NCBI GenBank assembly: GCA_963749075.1
Contig: CAVVLJ010000021.1
Location: 192,001-256,000 of the forward strand
DNA: 64,000 nucleotides
Source of the DNA: an uncultured Pseudomonadota bacterium
GTDB lineage: Bacteria > Pseudomonadota > Alphaproteobacteria > JACZXZ01
Reading direction: 5' to 3'
The translations under genes and the position numbers were made by a program. The notes beneath the pieces were generated by a model. That model had not been told where the DNA came from and did no database searches. It saw nothing but the letters and a program-made list of their open reading frames with translations. Numbering within the stretch: the first letter of the stretch is position 1; the number at the start of each line of letters is the position of its first letter. Shown here piece after piece: positions 1 to 9,686 of the stretch.

Positions 1-276
1 TTCGTCCCGCTGTTCTTCCCTTTCGTCGTCTCGCTGCACGTCGACCCGATCATCCTCGGACTGATCGTGGTGGCGGCCTGCGAGATCGGATTTCTCACCC
101 CGCCCGTCGGCGTGAACCTCTTCGTCGGCGCGCGCCTCGCGAATGTCACGCTCGCCGAAATCTCCTATGCCGCGCTCCCCTTTCTCGTTCCCTACATGGT
201 CATCATCATCTTGCTGGCGCTCGCTCCCCAGATCGCCCTGGTGCTGCCCAATCTCGCATTCGGGTACGCGAGGTGA
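1..276 (+). CDS. TRAP transporter large permease (DctM), 3' part, truncated by window edge
   Basis: Frame open from base 1; hydrophobic segments and the DctM C-terminal motif EIGFLTPPVGVNLFV. Confidence 0.85.
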   Translation, partial: FVPLFFPFVVSLHVDPIILGLIVVAACEIGFLTPPVGVNLFVGARLANVTLAEISYAALPFLVPYMVIIILLALAPQIALVLPNLAFGYAR

Positions 277-315
277 AGGCGCGGCGGCGGCGGCGCACGG
301 ATGGCAGGGCGGCCC

Positions 316-1605
316 TCAGCGGTCCTTGCGCGGGGCCGTCCGCGCCGTTGGCGGCGCCTTCACCGTCAGCAGGAGCACGAGCCCCACGGCCAAGAAGGCG
401 ACGACGCTCGCCATGCCGGCGCGCTGGCTCGCGAAGCGGGCGCTCATGAGGCCGTAGAGCGCTGGACCCACGAAGGCGGTCGCCTTGCCGGTGAGCGCAT
501 AGAGCCCGAACATCTCGCTCTCCTTGCCGGTGGGTGCCAGGCGCGCCATGAGGGTGCGGCTCGCCGCCTGGGCGGGCCCCACGAAGACGCCGAGCGCGAG
601 ACCCAGCACCCAGAACCATGGCTTGCTATGGACCGCGAGCACGGCGCTGCCGAGTGCCACGAGTGCCAGGAGCGAGACGACGACCGTCGGCTTGGAGCCG
701 ATGCGATCGTCGACCCAGGCGAAGAGGAGTGCGCCCGCCCCCGCCGTCGCGTTGATGAGGATGGCGAAGACGATCACCTCCTCGAGGCTGAGGCCGATGG
801 TGCCCGCGGCATAAATGCCGCCGAAGATGAAGAGAGTGTTGAGCCCGTCGGCATAGATCATGCGGGCAAACAGGAAGCGCAGCACGTGGCCCTCGCGCGG
901 CAGCCGGCGCAAGCTCGCGGCAAGTTCGGCGAGGCCCTCGCGCACCGCGGTAGCGAGAGCCGTGGCCGTGCGCGGACGGTCCGGCACGAGAAGGAAGAGC
1001 GGCGCCGCGAAGAGGGCGAACCACAGTGCCACGAGGGGTGCGGTGGCGCGCACGGGGCCTGCCGGCACGGCGGCAAGGCCGAAGGGCGGCATCGGCGCCC
1101 TGATGAGGCCGAAGAGGGCGAGGCTCAGGCAGGCGAGCCCGCCCACGTAGCCGAGGCCCCAGCCCCAGCCCGAGAGCCGGCCCAGGCGCTCGGGCGGCGC
1201 CAGGTCGCGCAGCATCGCGTTGTAGAAGACGAGGCCGAACTCGTAGGCGACGCTCGAGAGCGCCACCAGCACGAGGGTACGCGTGGCGGCAGCCGGCTCC
1301 GGCGCCGAGAACCAGAGGAGCGCCGTCGCGGCCGTCGCGACGAGGACGAAGATGGCGAGCCATGGCTTGCGCCGTCCCGCGCGGTCGGCGACGGCGCCGA
1401 GCACGGGCGCCAGGATGGCCACCACGACGCCGGCCGAGGAGAGTGCCGCACCCCAGCGCTCCGCCCCCGCGTCGGGCGATCTGAGGATCGCCGTCGAGAA
1501 ATAGGTGCCCCACACGAAGGTCGCGACCACGACGGGCCAGGCCGCGGCGCCGAAGTCGTAGACGCACCAGGCAGCGGCGGCGGCGGTGCCTCCGCGCAAT
1601 GGCAC
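316..1605 (-). CDS. MFS transporter (UMF1/ATG22-like family)
   Basis: C-terminal 430 codons of ORF 316..3207; GTG start 2 nt after the gdh stop; WCVYDF N-terminus, GAVADRAGRRK MFS motif, ~12 TM segments. Confidence 0.85.
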   Translation of the reverse strand: MPLRGGTAAAAAWCVYDFGAAAWPVVVATFVWGTYFSTAILRSPDAGAERWGAALSSAGVVVAILAPVLGAVADRAGRRKPWLAIFVLVATAATALLWFSAPEPAAATRTLVLVALSSVAYEFGLVFYNAMLRDLAPPERLGRLSGWGWGLGYVGGLACLSLALFGLIRAPMPPFGLAAVPAGPVRATAPLVALWFALFAAPLFLLVPDRPRTATALATAVREGLAELAASLRRLPREGHVLRFLFARMIYADGLNTLFIFGGIYAAGTIGLSLEEVIVFAILINATAGAGALLFAWVDDRIGSKPTVVVSLLALVALGSAVLAVHSKPWFWVLGLALGVFVGPAQAASRTLMARLAPTGKESEMFGLYALTGKATAFVGPALYGLMSARFASQRAGMASVVAFLAVGLVLLLTVKAPPTARTAPRKDR

Positions 1606-1607
1606 CG

Positions 1608-4600
1608 CTAGCCCGCCATCATCTGGCGGAGCTGGCGGTTGGCCACGGCGAGCATGGCGAGGTCGGGCTGGCCGGCGCTCTTGATGTCGGCGATGACGCT
1701 CTCCGCGCGCTCGACGACCGGACGGTGCGCCTCGACCCAGGCGGCGACGGCGTCGGCGGCGGGGGCGGCGTCCTTGCCGTTGGCGCCGTTGAGCACGTTG
1801 GTCACGAGATCGCTCTGGTGCGCGTAGAGGTCGTCGATGATGGCGGCGACCGCGAGCTTCTGCCAATGGCCGTCGACCGCGAGGCTGTCGGCAGCCGCGC
1901 GCAGCCAGTCGAAGCCGAAGCGCACGCCGAGCGCGAAATAGACGCGCCCGACCTCCTCGACCGCCTTGCCGCCGCCCGTCTTGCCGTCGCCCGTCTTGCC
2001 CTCGCCCGTCTTGCCCTCGCCCTGGGCCACGCGCACGATGTCGCAGCCGGAGACGAGGAAATCGAGGCCGGCGACCGGCCGTGCCAGCTCGAGGGGCACG
2101 CCCTTGGCGCTGTAGCTCGCCACCTTGCCGTCGAAGACGACGCGGTCCTCGGGCGCCAGTATCTCGTCGATACGCGCCCAGAGGCGCGCGATGCCCGGGG
2201 CATAGCCGGCGATGAAACCGTCCACGTCGAGCGGATGGCGCCCGTGGCTCAAGAACCAGCGCGTCACGCGCTCGAGGGTGCGGCGCAGCTCGACCATCAT
2301 GGTGGTCTGGAGGGCCGCGGCCACCTTGTTGTCGAGCGCCTCGATGCCCTGCCACAGCGTGGCCAGTCCGAAGGCCTGGCGCGTGATCGTGTAGGCGCGC
2401 GCGATGTCGGCGGCCGCCATGCCGGTCTTCTCGGCGAGCGTCGAGACGAAGGTGGCGCCGCCGCGGTCGACGATGTCGTTGGTGACCGTGGTGGCGATGA
2501 TCTCGCGCCTCAGGCTGTGGCGCAGAATCGCGGCGCGGTGGCCCTCGCGCAGCGGCCGCGGGAAATAGCGCACCAGCTCCTCGACGAGGGTAGGATCGTC
2601 GGGCAGGTCGCTCGGCAGCAGCCGGTCGTAGAGGTCGAGCTTGGCATAGGCCATGAGCGTGGCGAGCTCGGGCCGCACCAGGCTCTTGCCCGCGGCGGCG
2701 CGGGCGGCGAGCGCCTTGTCGTCGGGGAGGAACTCGATGGCACGGTTGAGCCGGCCGGCGTGCTCGAGCCGGCGCATCAGGAGGACCTGGTCGTCGAGGA
2801 GTGCTGCCCCCTCGCTCTCGGCGACCGAGAGGGTCTGCGGCTGCTGGTAATTGTCCTCGAGCACGTGGGCGGCGACCTCGTCCTCGACGCTGTGGAGGAG
2901 CAAGTCGCGCTGCTTCATGGTCATGTCGCCGCGCGACACCACGTCGCCCAGCAGGATCTTGAGGTTGACCTCGTGGTCGGAGGTGGAGACGCCCGCCGAG
3001 TTGTCGATGGCGTCGGTGTTGATGCGCCCGCCGGCAAGGGCGTAGGCGACGCGGCCGCGCTGGGTGACGCCCAGGTTGGCGCCCTCGCCGATCACCTTGG
3101 CGCTGAGCTCCTCGGCATCGACGCGCAAGGCGTCGTTGGTTTTGTCGCCCACCTCCGCGTGGCTCTCCTCGGCCGCCTTGACGTAGGTGCCGATGCCGCC
3201 GAACCACAGGAGGTCGACCGGCGCCTTGAGCATGGCCTGGACGAGCTCCGCCGGCGTCAGCGCGTCGCGCTCGAGGGCGAAGACGCTCCTCATCTCGGGC
3301 GTGAGCCGGATCGACTTCGCCTTGCGCTCGAAGACGCCGCCGCCCTTGGAAATGAGCTTGGCGTCGTAATCGCCCCAGCTCGAGCGCGGCAGCTCGAAGA
3401 GGCGGCGGCGCTCGGCCAGGCTCGCCTTGGGCTCGGGATCGGGGTCGACGAAGATGTGGAGGTGGTTGAAGGCGCCGAGCAGCCTGATGTGCTCGGAGAG
3501 CAGCATGCCGTTGCCGAACACGTCGCCCGACATGTCGCCGATGCCGACGACCGTGAAGTCCTCGCTCTGCACGTCGCGACCCGCCTCGCGGAAATGCCGC
3601 TTGACCAACTCCCAGGCGCCCTTGGCGGTGATGCCCATCTTCTTATGGTCGTAGCCGGCCGAGCCGCCGGAGGCGAAGGCGTCGTCGAGCCAGAAGCCGT
3701 ACTCGTCGCGGCTTACCGCGTTGGCGATGTCGGAGAAGGTGGCGGTGCCCTTGTCGGCGGCGACCACGAGATAGGCGTCGTCCTCGTCGCGCCGCACCAC
3801 GTCGGCGGGCGGGATGATCTTGCCCTGCTTGATGTTGTCGGTGAGGTCGAGCATGCCGCGCATGAGGGTGCGGTAGCATTCGATGGCCTCGGCCAGGATG
3901 GCCTCGCGGCGGCCGTCGGCGGGCGGGCGCTTCAAGACGAAGCCGCCCTTGGAGCCGACCGGCACGATGACGGTGTTCTTCACGGTCTGGGTCTTCATGA
4001 GGCCGAGGATCTCGGTGCGGAAGTCCTCGCGCCGGTCCGACCAGCGGATGCCGCCGCGCGCCACGCGGCCGGCGCGCAGGTGGATGCCCTCCATGCGCGG
4101 CGCATAGACCCAGATCTCGAAGAGCGGGTGCGGCTCGGGCAGCTCGTCCACCTTGCGGCTGTCGAACTTGAAGGAGAGGTAGGGCTTGGGCGCACCGTCC
4201 TTGCCGGTCTGGAAGTAGTTGGTGCGCACCATCGCGTCCACGAGATTGACGAAGCGGCGCAGGATGCGGTCCTCGTCCAGGCTCTCGACCTTGTCGAGCT
4301 CCTGCTCGATCTCCTTGGCGAGGGCCGCGCATTGCACCTCGGCATCGGTCTGGCGCCTGGGATCGAAGCGCGCGAGGAAGAGCTCGACGACGCGGCGCGC
4401 CAGCGTCGGGTTCTCGGTGAGCGTCTCCTCCATATAGGCCTGGCTGAAGGCGATCCCGGTCTGGCGCAGGTACTTGCAGAGCGCGCGCAGCACCACCACC
4501 TGGCGCCAGGCGAGCCCGCCCGCCAGCACCAGGCGGTTGAAGCCGTCGCCCTCCATGGCACCCGACCAGATGCGCGCGAAGGCGTCCTGGAAGCTCTCGC

Positions 4601-6500
4601 GCAAGGCGTCGAGGTCGATCGCCGCGCCGTCGGAGCGCACCATGCCGAAATCGTGGAGGTAGACCGCGTCGGCCTCCTGGGGCTCGACGAGGAAGGGCAC
4701 CTCCTGGAGCACGCGCAGGCCCATGTCCTCGAGCATGGGCAGGATGTCGGAGAGCGCCACGGCACCCCGCGCGTTGTAGATCTTGAAGCGCACCTCGTTG
4801 TCGTGCGCCTCGAGCGCACGGTAGAGGTGCATGCCGACGCTTCCTTGGGCGAGCACGGCCTCGATCTTGTCGATGTCGAGGAGGGCGGTATGCGCCGGGA
4901 AGCGCTCGCGGTAGTCGGTCGGGAAGGCGCTGCCGTAGCGGCGCATGAGCTTGAGGCCGCGCTCCTCGCCCTTGCTCTCGACGAGGGCCGCCTTGAGCCT
5001 GTCGCTCCACGAGCGCGCCGCCTCGACGAGTTTCGCCTCGATCTCCGCGACGCGCACGTTGGGCACCTCGCCCGGCGTGGTCGCGACGATGAAGTGCACG
5101 CGCGCGAGCGCCGTTTCGGTGCCGAGCTCGGGCTCGAACTCGCTGATGGTGCCGTTGAGCGCCTCCTCGAGGATGGCGCCGAAGCGCCGGCGCAGCTCCG
5201 TGCTGTAGCGCTCGCGCGCCACGTAGGCGAGGCAGGAGACGAAGCGCTCGAAGGGATCCTTGCGCATGAAGAGGGCGATGCGCTGGCGCTCCTGCAGATG
5301 GAGGATGCCCATGGCGATCTCGAAGAGCTCGTCCTCCTCGATCTGGAAGAGATCGTCGCGCGGATAGGTCTCGAGGATGTGGAGGAGCGCCTTGCCGTCG
5401 TGGCTGTTCGAGGCGAAGCCCGAGCGCTCGACCACGTGGGCCACCTTGTGGCGCAGGAGCGGGATGTCGCGCGGGATGCGGTTGTAGGCGGCCGAGGTGA
5501 AGAGCCCGACGAAGACCCGCTCGCCCGAGACTTCGCCGCCGTCGGTGAACTTCTTGACGGTCACCACGTCGAGATGGGTCGGGCGGTGCACCGTCGAGCG
5601 GCGGTCGGACTTGTTGACGGTCAAGAGCTTGGGCTGGCGGATGAAGGCCTGCACGTCGGGCGGCAGTGCCGACATGTCGCGCCGGCCGCTGAAGATGAGC
5701 TGGGCGTTGTCGCGCAGGATGCCGAGCCCGGTCGCCGGCGTCACCTCCATGCGCGCCCCCTCGCCCTCGCCCGCGAAGTCGTATTCCCGGTAGCCGAGGA
5801 AGGTGAAGTGATCGCCGGCGATCCAGGCGATGAAGGCCTTCGCCTCCGCAAGCTCGGCCGGCGGCAGCGGCAGGCTCACGGCAGCGAGGCGTGCGACGAG
5901 ATCGGCGACGCGCTTCTGCATCGCCGGCCAGTCCTCGACCGCGGCGCGCACGTCGCCGAGCACGCGCGCGAGGTCGGCGCAAATCTCGTGGAGTGCCTCA
6001 GGTGCCGTCTCCTCGTCGATCTCGAGATGCATGCAGGATTCGCCCGCCGCACCCTCCGCCGCCTCGCCGGGTGCCGCGAGCTCGAGGAGGGCGCCGTTCG
6101 CGTCGCGCTTCACGGAGAGGATGGGATGGATCACGAGATGCACCGCGCGCTCGCGGCGATTGAGCTCGGCGGTCACCGAATCGACGAGGAACGGCATGTC
6201 GTCGTTGACGATCTCGACGACGGTGTGGTGCGATTTCCAGCCGTGGTCCTCGAAGCGCGGATTGTAGGCACGGATCTTGGGCCGCCCGGGCTCGCGCACG
6301 CGCGCGAAGCCGTAGAAGGCCATGGCGGCGCCGTAGAGCTGGTCGACCTCGGCCTCCAGCACGTCGTCGGGCACGTTGGCGTAGTATTGGCGGATGAAGC
6401 GCTCGGCCCATTCCGATTTGCCGCGCGGCAGGCGCTCGCGCGCCAGCGCCGCGACGCGCCCGATCTGCTCCTCCTTCGCTCCTTGCGCCCGCGCCGCCAT
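1608..6500 (-). CDS. gdhB: Large NAD-specific glutamate dehydrogenase (~1630 aa)
   Basis: ARGGIRWSDRREDFRTE, VPVGSKGGF, YLVVAADKGTATFSD, GIGDMSGDVFGNG, IDNSAG motifs; GGAGG RBS before ATG 6500. Confidence 0.95.
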   Translation of the reverse strand: MAARAQGAKEEQIGRVAALARERLPRGKSEWAERFIRQYYANVPDDVLEAEVDQLYGAAMAFYGFARVREPGRPKIRAYNPRFEDHGWKSHHTVVEIVNDDMPFLVDSVTAELNRRERAVHLVIHPILSVKRDANGALLELAAPGEAAEGAAGESCMHLEIDEETAPEALHEICADLARVLGDVRAAVEDWPAMQKRVADLVARLAAVSLPLPPAELAEAKAFIAWIAGDHFTFLGYREYDFAGEGEGARMEVTPATGLGILRDNAQLIFSGRRDMSALPPDVQAFIRQPKLLTVNKSDRRSTVHRPTHLDVVTVKKFTDGGEVSGERVFVGLFTSAAYNRIPRDIPLLRHKVAHVVERSGFASNSHDGKALLHILETYPRDDLFQIEEDELFEIAMGILHLQERQRIALFMRKDPFERFVSCLAYVARERYSTELRRRFGAILEEALNGTISEFEPELGTETALARVHFIVATTPGEVPNVRVAEIEAKLVEAARSWSDRLKAALVESKGEERGLKLMRRYGSAFPTDYRERFPAHTALLDIDKIEAVLAQGSVGMHLYRALEAHDNEVRFKIYNARGAVALSDILPMLEDMGLRVLQEVPFLVEPQEADAVYLHDFGMVRSDGAAIDLDALRESFQDAFARIWSGAMEGDGFNRLVLAGGLAWRQVVVLRALCKYLRQTGIAFSQAYMEETLTENPTLARRVVELFLARFDPRRQTDAEVQCAALAKEIEQELDKVESLDEDRILRRFVNLVDAMVRTNYFQTGKDGAPKPYLSFKFDSRKVDELPEPHPLFEIWVYAPRMEGIHLRAGRVARGGIRWSDRREDFRTEILGLMKTQTVKNTVIVPVGSKGGFVLKRPPADGRREAILAEAIECYRTLMRGMLDLTDNIKQGKIIPPADVVRRDEDDAYLVVAADKGTATFSDIANAVSRDEYGFWLDDAFASGGSAGYDHKKMGITAKGAWELVKRHFREAGRDVQSEDFTVVGIGDMSGDVFGNGMLLSEHIRLLGAFNHLHIFVDPDPEPKASLAERRRLFELPRSSWGDYDAKLISKGGGVFERKAKSIRLTPEMRSVFALERDALTPAELVQAMLKAPVDLLWFGGIGTYVKAAEESHAEVGDKTNDALRVDAEELSAKVIGEGANLGVTQRGRVAYALAGGRINTDAIDNSAGVSTSDHEVNLKILLGDVVSRGDMTMKQRDLLLHSVEDEVAAHVLEDNYQQPQTLSVAESEGAALLDDQVLLMRRLEHAGRLNRAIEFLPDDKALAARAAAGKSLVRPELATLMAYAKLDLYDRLLPSDLPDDPTLVEELVRYFPRPLREGHRAAILRHSLRREIIATTVTNDIVDRGGATFVSTLAEKTGMAAADIARAYTITRQAFGLATLWQGIEALDNKVAAALQTTMMVELRRTLERVTRWFLSHGRHPLDVDGFIAGYAPGIARLWARIDEILAPEDRVVFDGKVASYSAKGVPLELARPVAGLDFLVSGCDIVRVAQGEGKTGEGKTGDGKTGGGKAVEEVGRVYFALGVRFGFDWLRAAADSLAVDGHWQKLAVAAIIDDLYAHQSDLVTNVLNGANGKDAAPAADAVAAWVEAHRPVVERAESVIADIKSAGQPDLAMLAVANRQLRQMMAG
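1962..2021 (-). repeat. In-frame 15-bp tandem repeat x4 encoding GEGKT-GEGKT-GDGKT-GGGKA inside gdhB
   Basis: + strand units cgccttgccgccgcc / cgtcttgccgtcgcc / cgtcttgccctcgcc / cgtcttgccctcgcc. Confidence 0.9.
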
Positions 6501-6744
6501 CGCACATCCTCCCACGCCCGCACCAAGGCCTTTCCGGCCGCAGCCGGCGACACTAGCGGGGAATTGTTACGCGCAATCTACCACGGCGGGAGAGCGAATG
6601 TGAGGGCGCGCATGGCGGGCCAGGCGGCCGTTCGGCTGTCGGGCGCCGCCCATGGGCCTTGCGCACGGGCGAAGCTGAGGACGCGGGCCGCCGCGCCGGC
6701 GCCCGTCATCGAGGGCCGCCGCGGCGGACGCAGCAGTCGCCCGG

Positions 6745-7713
6745 TCAGTTGACCGGAGTGCCGTTCACCGGCGTCCCATCGGTCGTCGTGTTGCCGTTGA
6801 TGCTATTGTTCTTGTACGAATATATCGTGCCGCTACCGGCACCGACGCCGGTGGCGTTGAACGTGATCGTCGAGTTGCCGACGAGGATGGTGGAGCCCGT
6901 GCCGTTCGCGATGACGCCGGTGGTGGCGTTGGCGACGGAGGCGCTACGATCCATCATCAGGAGCGCACTCTGCCCGCCCGCCGGCCCGGTGATGGTGACG
7001 CCGGAGGCGGCGCTGCCCGAGACCACGCTGTCCCGCAAGAGAACCTGGATGCCCGTGCCGGTGCTGCCCGTGCCGTCGGCGGTGAGGCCGGTGGCGTTGC
7101 CGTTGACCTGAATGCGATTGAGCGCGACGCTCGCGGAGCCCGAGCCGGTCGGCTTGACGAGAATGCCGTTGCCGGTGGTGCCGCTGCCGTTGTTCGAGAT
7201 CACCGTGTCCGACACGAAGAGCTTGCTCGCGGCACTCGGCGCGAACTGGATGCCGCTCGCGGCGCCGGCCTGGAAATTCTTGATGACGCAGTTCTGGACG
7301 TGCAGCGCGCTGCCGGTGGTGAAGAGGATTCCGGACAGCCCGGTCCCGAGTCCGTCGATGATGAGGCCGCGCAGATTGATGACATCGTTGGCCCCGGCGC
7401 TGATGACGATGCCATTGGTGCCCGCCACCAGGACGCCCACCGTGCCCACCCCATCGTTGACGATGCTGATCGCTTTGGTGATCGTCAAGGCGCCGAAGCC
7501 GCCGGGATCGAGGGCGTCGATCTCGCCGCCGGCGGCGGTCTTCGAGATGGCGCCCGCGAAGGTCTTGCAGGGCGCCGTGCGGCTGCATGGATTGGCGTCG
7601 TCGCCGACGCCCGAGACCCACGTCCGCGTCGCCTGTGCCATGGCCGGCGCTGCAGGTGCCAGGGAAAGGAGCAACGCTCCCGCCGCCGCCGCCGCTCTGG
7701 CGATCTTGTCCAT
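6745..7713 (-). CDS. Secreted right-handed beta-helix (pectin-lyase-like fold) protein
   Basis: Signal peptide ending AMA-Q; RTWVSGVGDDANPCSRTAPCKTFAGA N-terminal motif; G/N/T/S-rich beta-helix repeats. Confidence 0.8.
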   Translation of the reverse strand: MDKIARAAAAAGALLLSLAPAAPAMAQATRTWVSGVGDDANPCSRTAPCKTFAGAISKTAAGGEIDALDPGGFGALTITKAISIVNDGVGTVGVLVAGTNGIVISAGANDVINLRGLIIDGLGTGLSGILFTTGSALHVQNCVIKNFQAGAASGIQFAPSAASKLFVSDTVISNNGSGTTGNGILVKPTGSGSASVALNRIQVNGNATGLTADGTGSTGTGIQVLLRDSVVSGSAASGVTITGPAGGQSALLMMDRSASVANATTGVIANGTGSTILVGNSTITFNATGVGAGSGTIYSYKNNSINGNTTTDGTPVNGTPVN

Positions 7714-7914
7714 GGGCCCCTCCCTGGCGCGAAGTTTCGCGGGCGATGTTAGCCGGCTTCATCTTATGGTTGCAAGGGCAAAGGCCGAAACGCCCGTTAT
7801 AGCCGCGCGCGGCCGCGAAATTCACACTCGCCGCCGATTCGTGACGATGGGACTATGGCCAGCTGGCGTGCGGGCGATGGCGGGAAGATGTTAGAGTCAT
7901 AGGGCGGCGGCATT

Positions 7915-7989
7915 TGGAGCGGGAGAAGGGATTCGAACCCTCGACCCTCACGTTGGCAACGTGATGCTCTACCCCTGAGCTACTCCCGC
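7915..7989 (-). tRNA. tRNA-Gly (GCC)
   Basis: Reverse complement GCGGGAGTAGCTCAGGGGTAGAGCATCACGTTGCCAACGTGAGGGTCGAGGGTTCGAATCCCTTCTCCCGCTCCA: cloverleaf, anticodon GCC, TTCGAAT T-loop, CCA end. Confidence 0.97.
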
Positions 7990-8001
7990 GACCGGGCGCC
8001 G

Positions 8002-8029
8002 ATCATAGGCATCGCCTCCCCATTTGCAA
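8002..8029 (-). promoter_or_regulatory. Sigma70-like promoter of tRNA-Gly
   Basis: TTGCAA-16 nt-TATGAT just upstream of the tRNA 5' end. Confidence 0.6.
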
Positions 8030-8102
8030 GCCTCGAATTGGCTTTGGTTTCGCACCCCTTCCGGCAGTTGCGCGCCGCCCTTCAGCCGCTATGCTAGCGG
8101 CC

Positions 8103-8687
8103 ATGCCTGCCACTCCCGACGAGCTTCTCGGGCTCCTGGCCGAGCTCGGGATCCGCAGCAAGACCCACGAGCATCCCCCCGTCTTCACCGTCGAGGAGAG
8201 CAAGCGCCTGCGCGGCCGGCTGCCCGGCGGCCACTGCAAGAGCCTCTTCCTCAAGGACAAGGGCGAGCGCCTGTGGCTCGTGGTAGCGCTCGAGGACCGG
8301 CCCGTCGATCTCAAGGCGCTGCGCCGCCGGCTCGACGCCAGGAAGACGCTCTCCTTCGGCAGTGCTGAGCTTCTCATGGCGGCCCTCGGCGTCACACCCG
8401 GCTCGGTGACGCCCTTCGGCGTCGTCAACGACCGCAGCGGGCGCGTCACGGTGGTGCTCGAGCGCCGCATGCTGGGGCAAGACCCGCTCAACTACCATCC
8501 CCTCGTCAATGACCGCACGACCGCGATCTCGCCCGCCGACCTCTTGAAGTTCCTCGCCGCCTCGGGCCATGAGCCGCTCGTGCTCGACCTCGCGGGGGGC
8601 GAGGCCGGGGCCGAGGCTGCGGCACCCGCGGCCGGGGTTGCTTCCGCGGCGGAAAGCAGCCATTTAACTGACCGCATGTCGGACTAA
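8103..8687 (+). CDS. proX: Prolyl-tRNA editing protein, YbaK/ProX (ProXp-ala) family
   Basis: HPPVFTVEE, GGHCKSLFLKDK, LGVTPGSVTPFG, NYHPLVNDRTTAI motifs. Confidence 0.88.
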   Translation: MPATPDELLGLLAELGIRSKTHEHPPVFTVEESKRLRGRLPGGHCKSLFLKDKGERLWLVVALEDRPVDLKALRRRLDARKTLSFGSAELLMAALGVTPGSVTPFGVVNDRSGRVTVVLERRMLGQDPLNYHPLVNDRTTAISPADLLKFLAASGHEPLVLDLAGGEAGAEAAAPAAGVASAAESSHLTDRMSD

Positions 8688-8741
8688 GAGGATCGCCGGC
8701 GCCAGCACGCCTCGGCGCCCGGCCAAGAGAGGAAAAAAGGT

Positions 8742-9668
8742 ATGTCAACCCTTGCCACGGATCGCGGGCAAGCCCCTGCGGGCGACGCAGCGCTCATCAA
8801 GGACGTGACGGCGGCGAGCTTCATGGCCGACGTGATCGAGGCCTCGCGCAAGGTGCCGGTCATCGTCGACCTGTGGGCGCCGTGGTGCGGCCCCTGCAAA
8901 CAGCTCGGCCCCATGCTCGAGAAGGTGGTGCGCGAGGCCAAGGGCAAGCTGCGCCTCGCCAAGGTCAACATCGACGAGAACCCGCAGATCGCCCAGCAGT
9001 TCCGCGTGCAGTCGATCCCCGCGGTCTTCGCGCTGGCCGGCGGTCGCGTGGTCGACGGCTTCGTAGGCGCTTTGCCCGAGAGCCAGATCAAGGCCTTCGT
9101 CGAGCGTCTCAAGGGCGAAGCCGGCGAGGACGAGGGGGCGGCGCAGATCGCCGAGGCGCTGGCCGAGGCGAAGCGCCTCCTCGAGGAAGGCGACGCTGGC
9201 ACGGCCAGCGCCATTTTCGGCCAGATCCTGCAGGACGAGCCGGAGAACCTCGCGGCCATCGGCGGCCTGGCGCGCTGCTATCTGAAGGGCGGCGAGCCCG
9301 CGCGCGCCAAGGAGCTCCTTGCCAAGGTGCCGGCCGAGCATGCGGGCGACCCCGAGATCGCCGCCGTGCGCTCGGCGCTCGAGCTCGCCGAAGAGGCGCA
9401 GAAGAGCGGCCCCATCGACGAGCTCAAGGCCAAGGCGGAGGCCAACCCGGCGGATAACCAGCTGCGCCTCGATCTCGCCAACGCGCTCTATGGCGCCGGG
9501 CGCAGCGAGGAGGCGGTCGACCAGCTCCTCGAGCTCATCCGGCGCGACCGCAAATGGAACGAGGAGGCGGCGCGCAAGCAGCTCCTCAAGCTCTTCGAGG
9601 CGCTCGGCCCCGGCAATCCGCTGGTGGCGAGCGGCCGGCGGCGGCTCTCCTCGCTCCTCTTCTCATGA
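8742..9668 (+). CDS. cnoX: Chaperedoxin: thioredoxin domain + TPR (CnoX/YbbN)
   Basis: WAPWCGPC active site followed by TPR helices and the C-terminal GRRRLSSLLFS. Confidence 0.92.
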   Translation: MSTLATDRGQAPAGDAALIKDVTAASFMADVIEASRKVPVIVDLWAPWCGPCKQLGPMLEKVVREAKGKLRLAKVNIDENPQIAQQFRVQSIPAVFALAGGRVVDGFVGALPESQIKAFVERLKGEAGEDEGAAQIAEALAEAKRLLEEGDAGTASAIFGQILQDEPENLAAIGGLARCYLKGGEPARAKELLAKVPAEHAGDPEIAAVRSALELAEEAQKSGPIDELKAKAEANPADNQLRLDLANALYGAGRSEEAVDQLLELIRRDRKWNEEAARKQLLKLFEALGPGNPLVASGRRRLSSLLFS

Positions 9669-9686
9669 CCGTCCCGTGATCTTCGC

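Noticed and set aside
1599-6752. 1717-aa + strand ORF, and similar long ORFs such as 26252..29290, 36026..38077 and 52824..55406
   Set aside because: Antisense shadows of real genes in high-GC DNA; no recognisable motifs
7715-7989. Integrative element at tRNA-Gly
   Set aside because: No integrase and no duplicated tRNA 3' end found nearby
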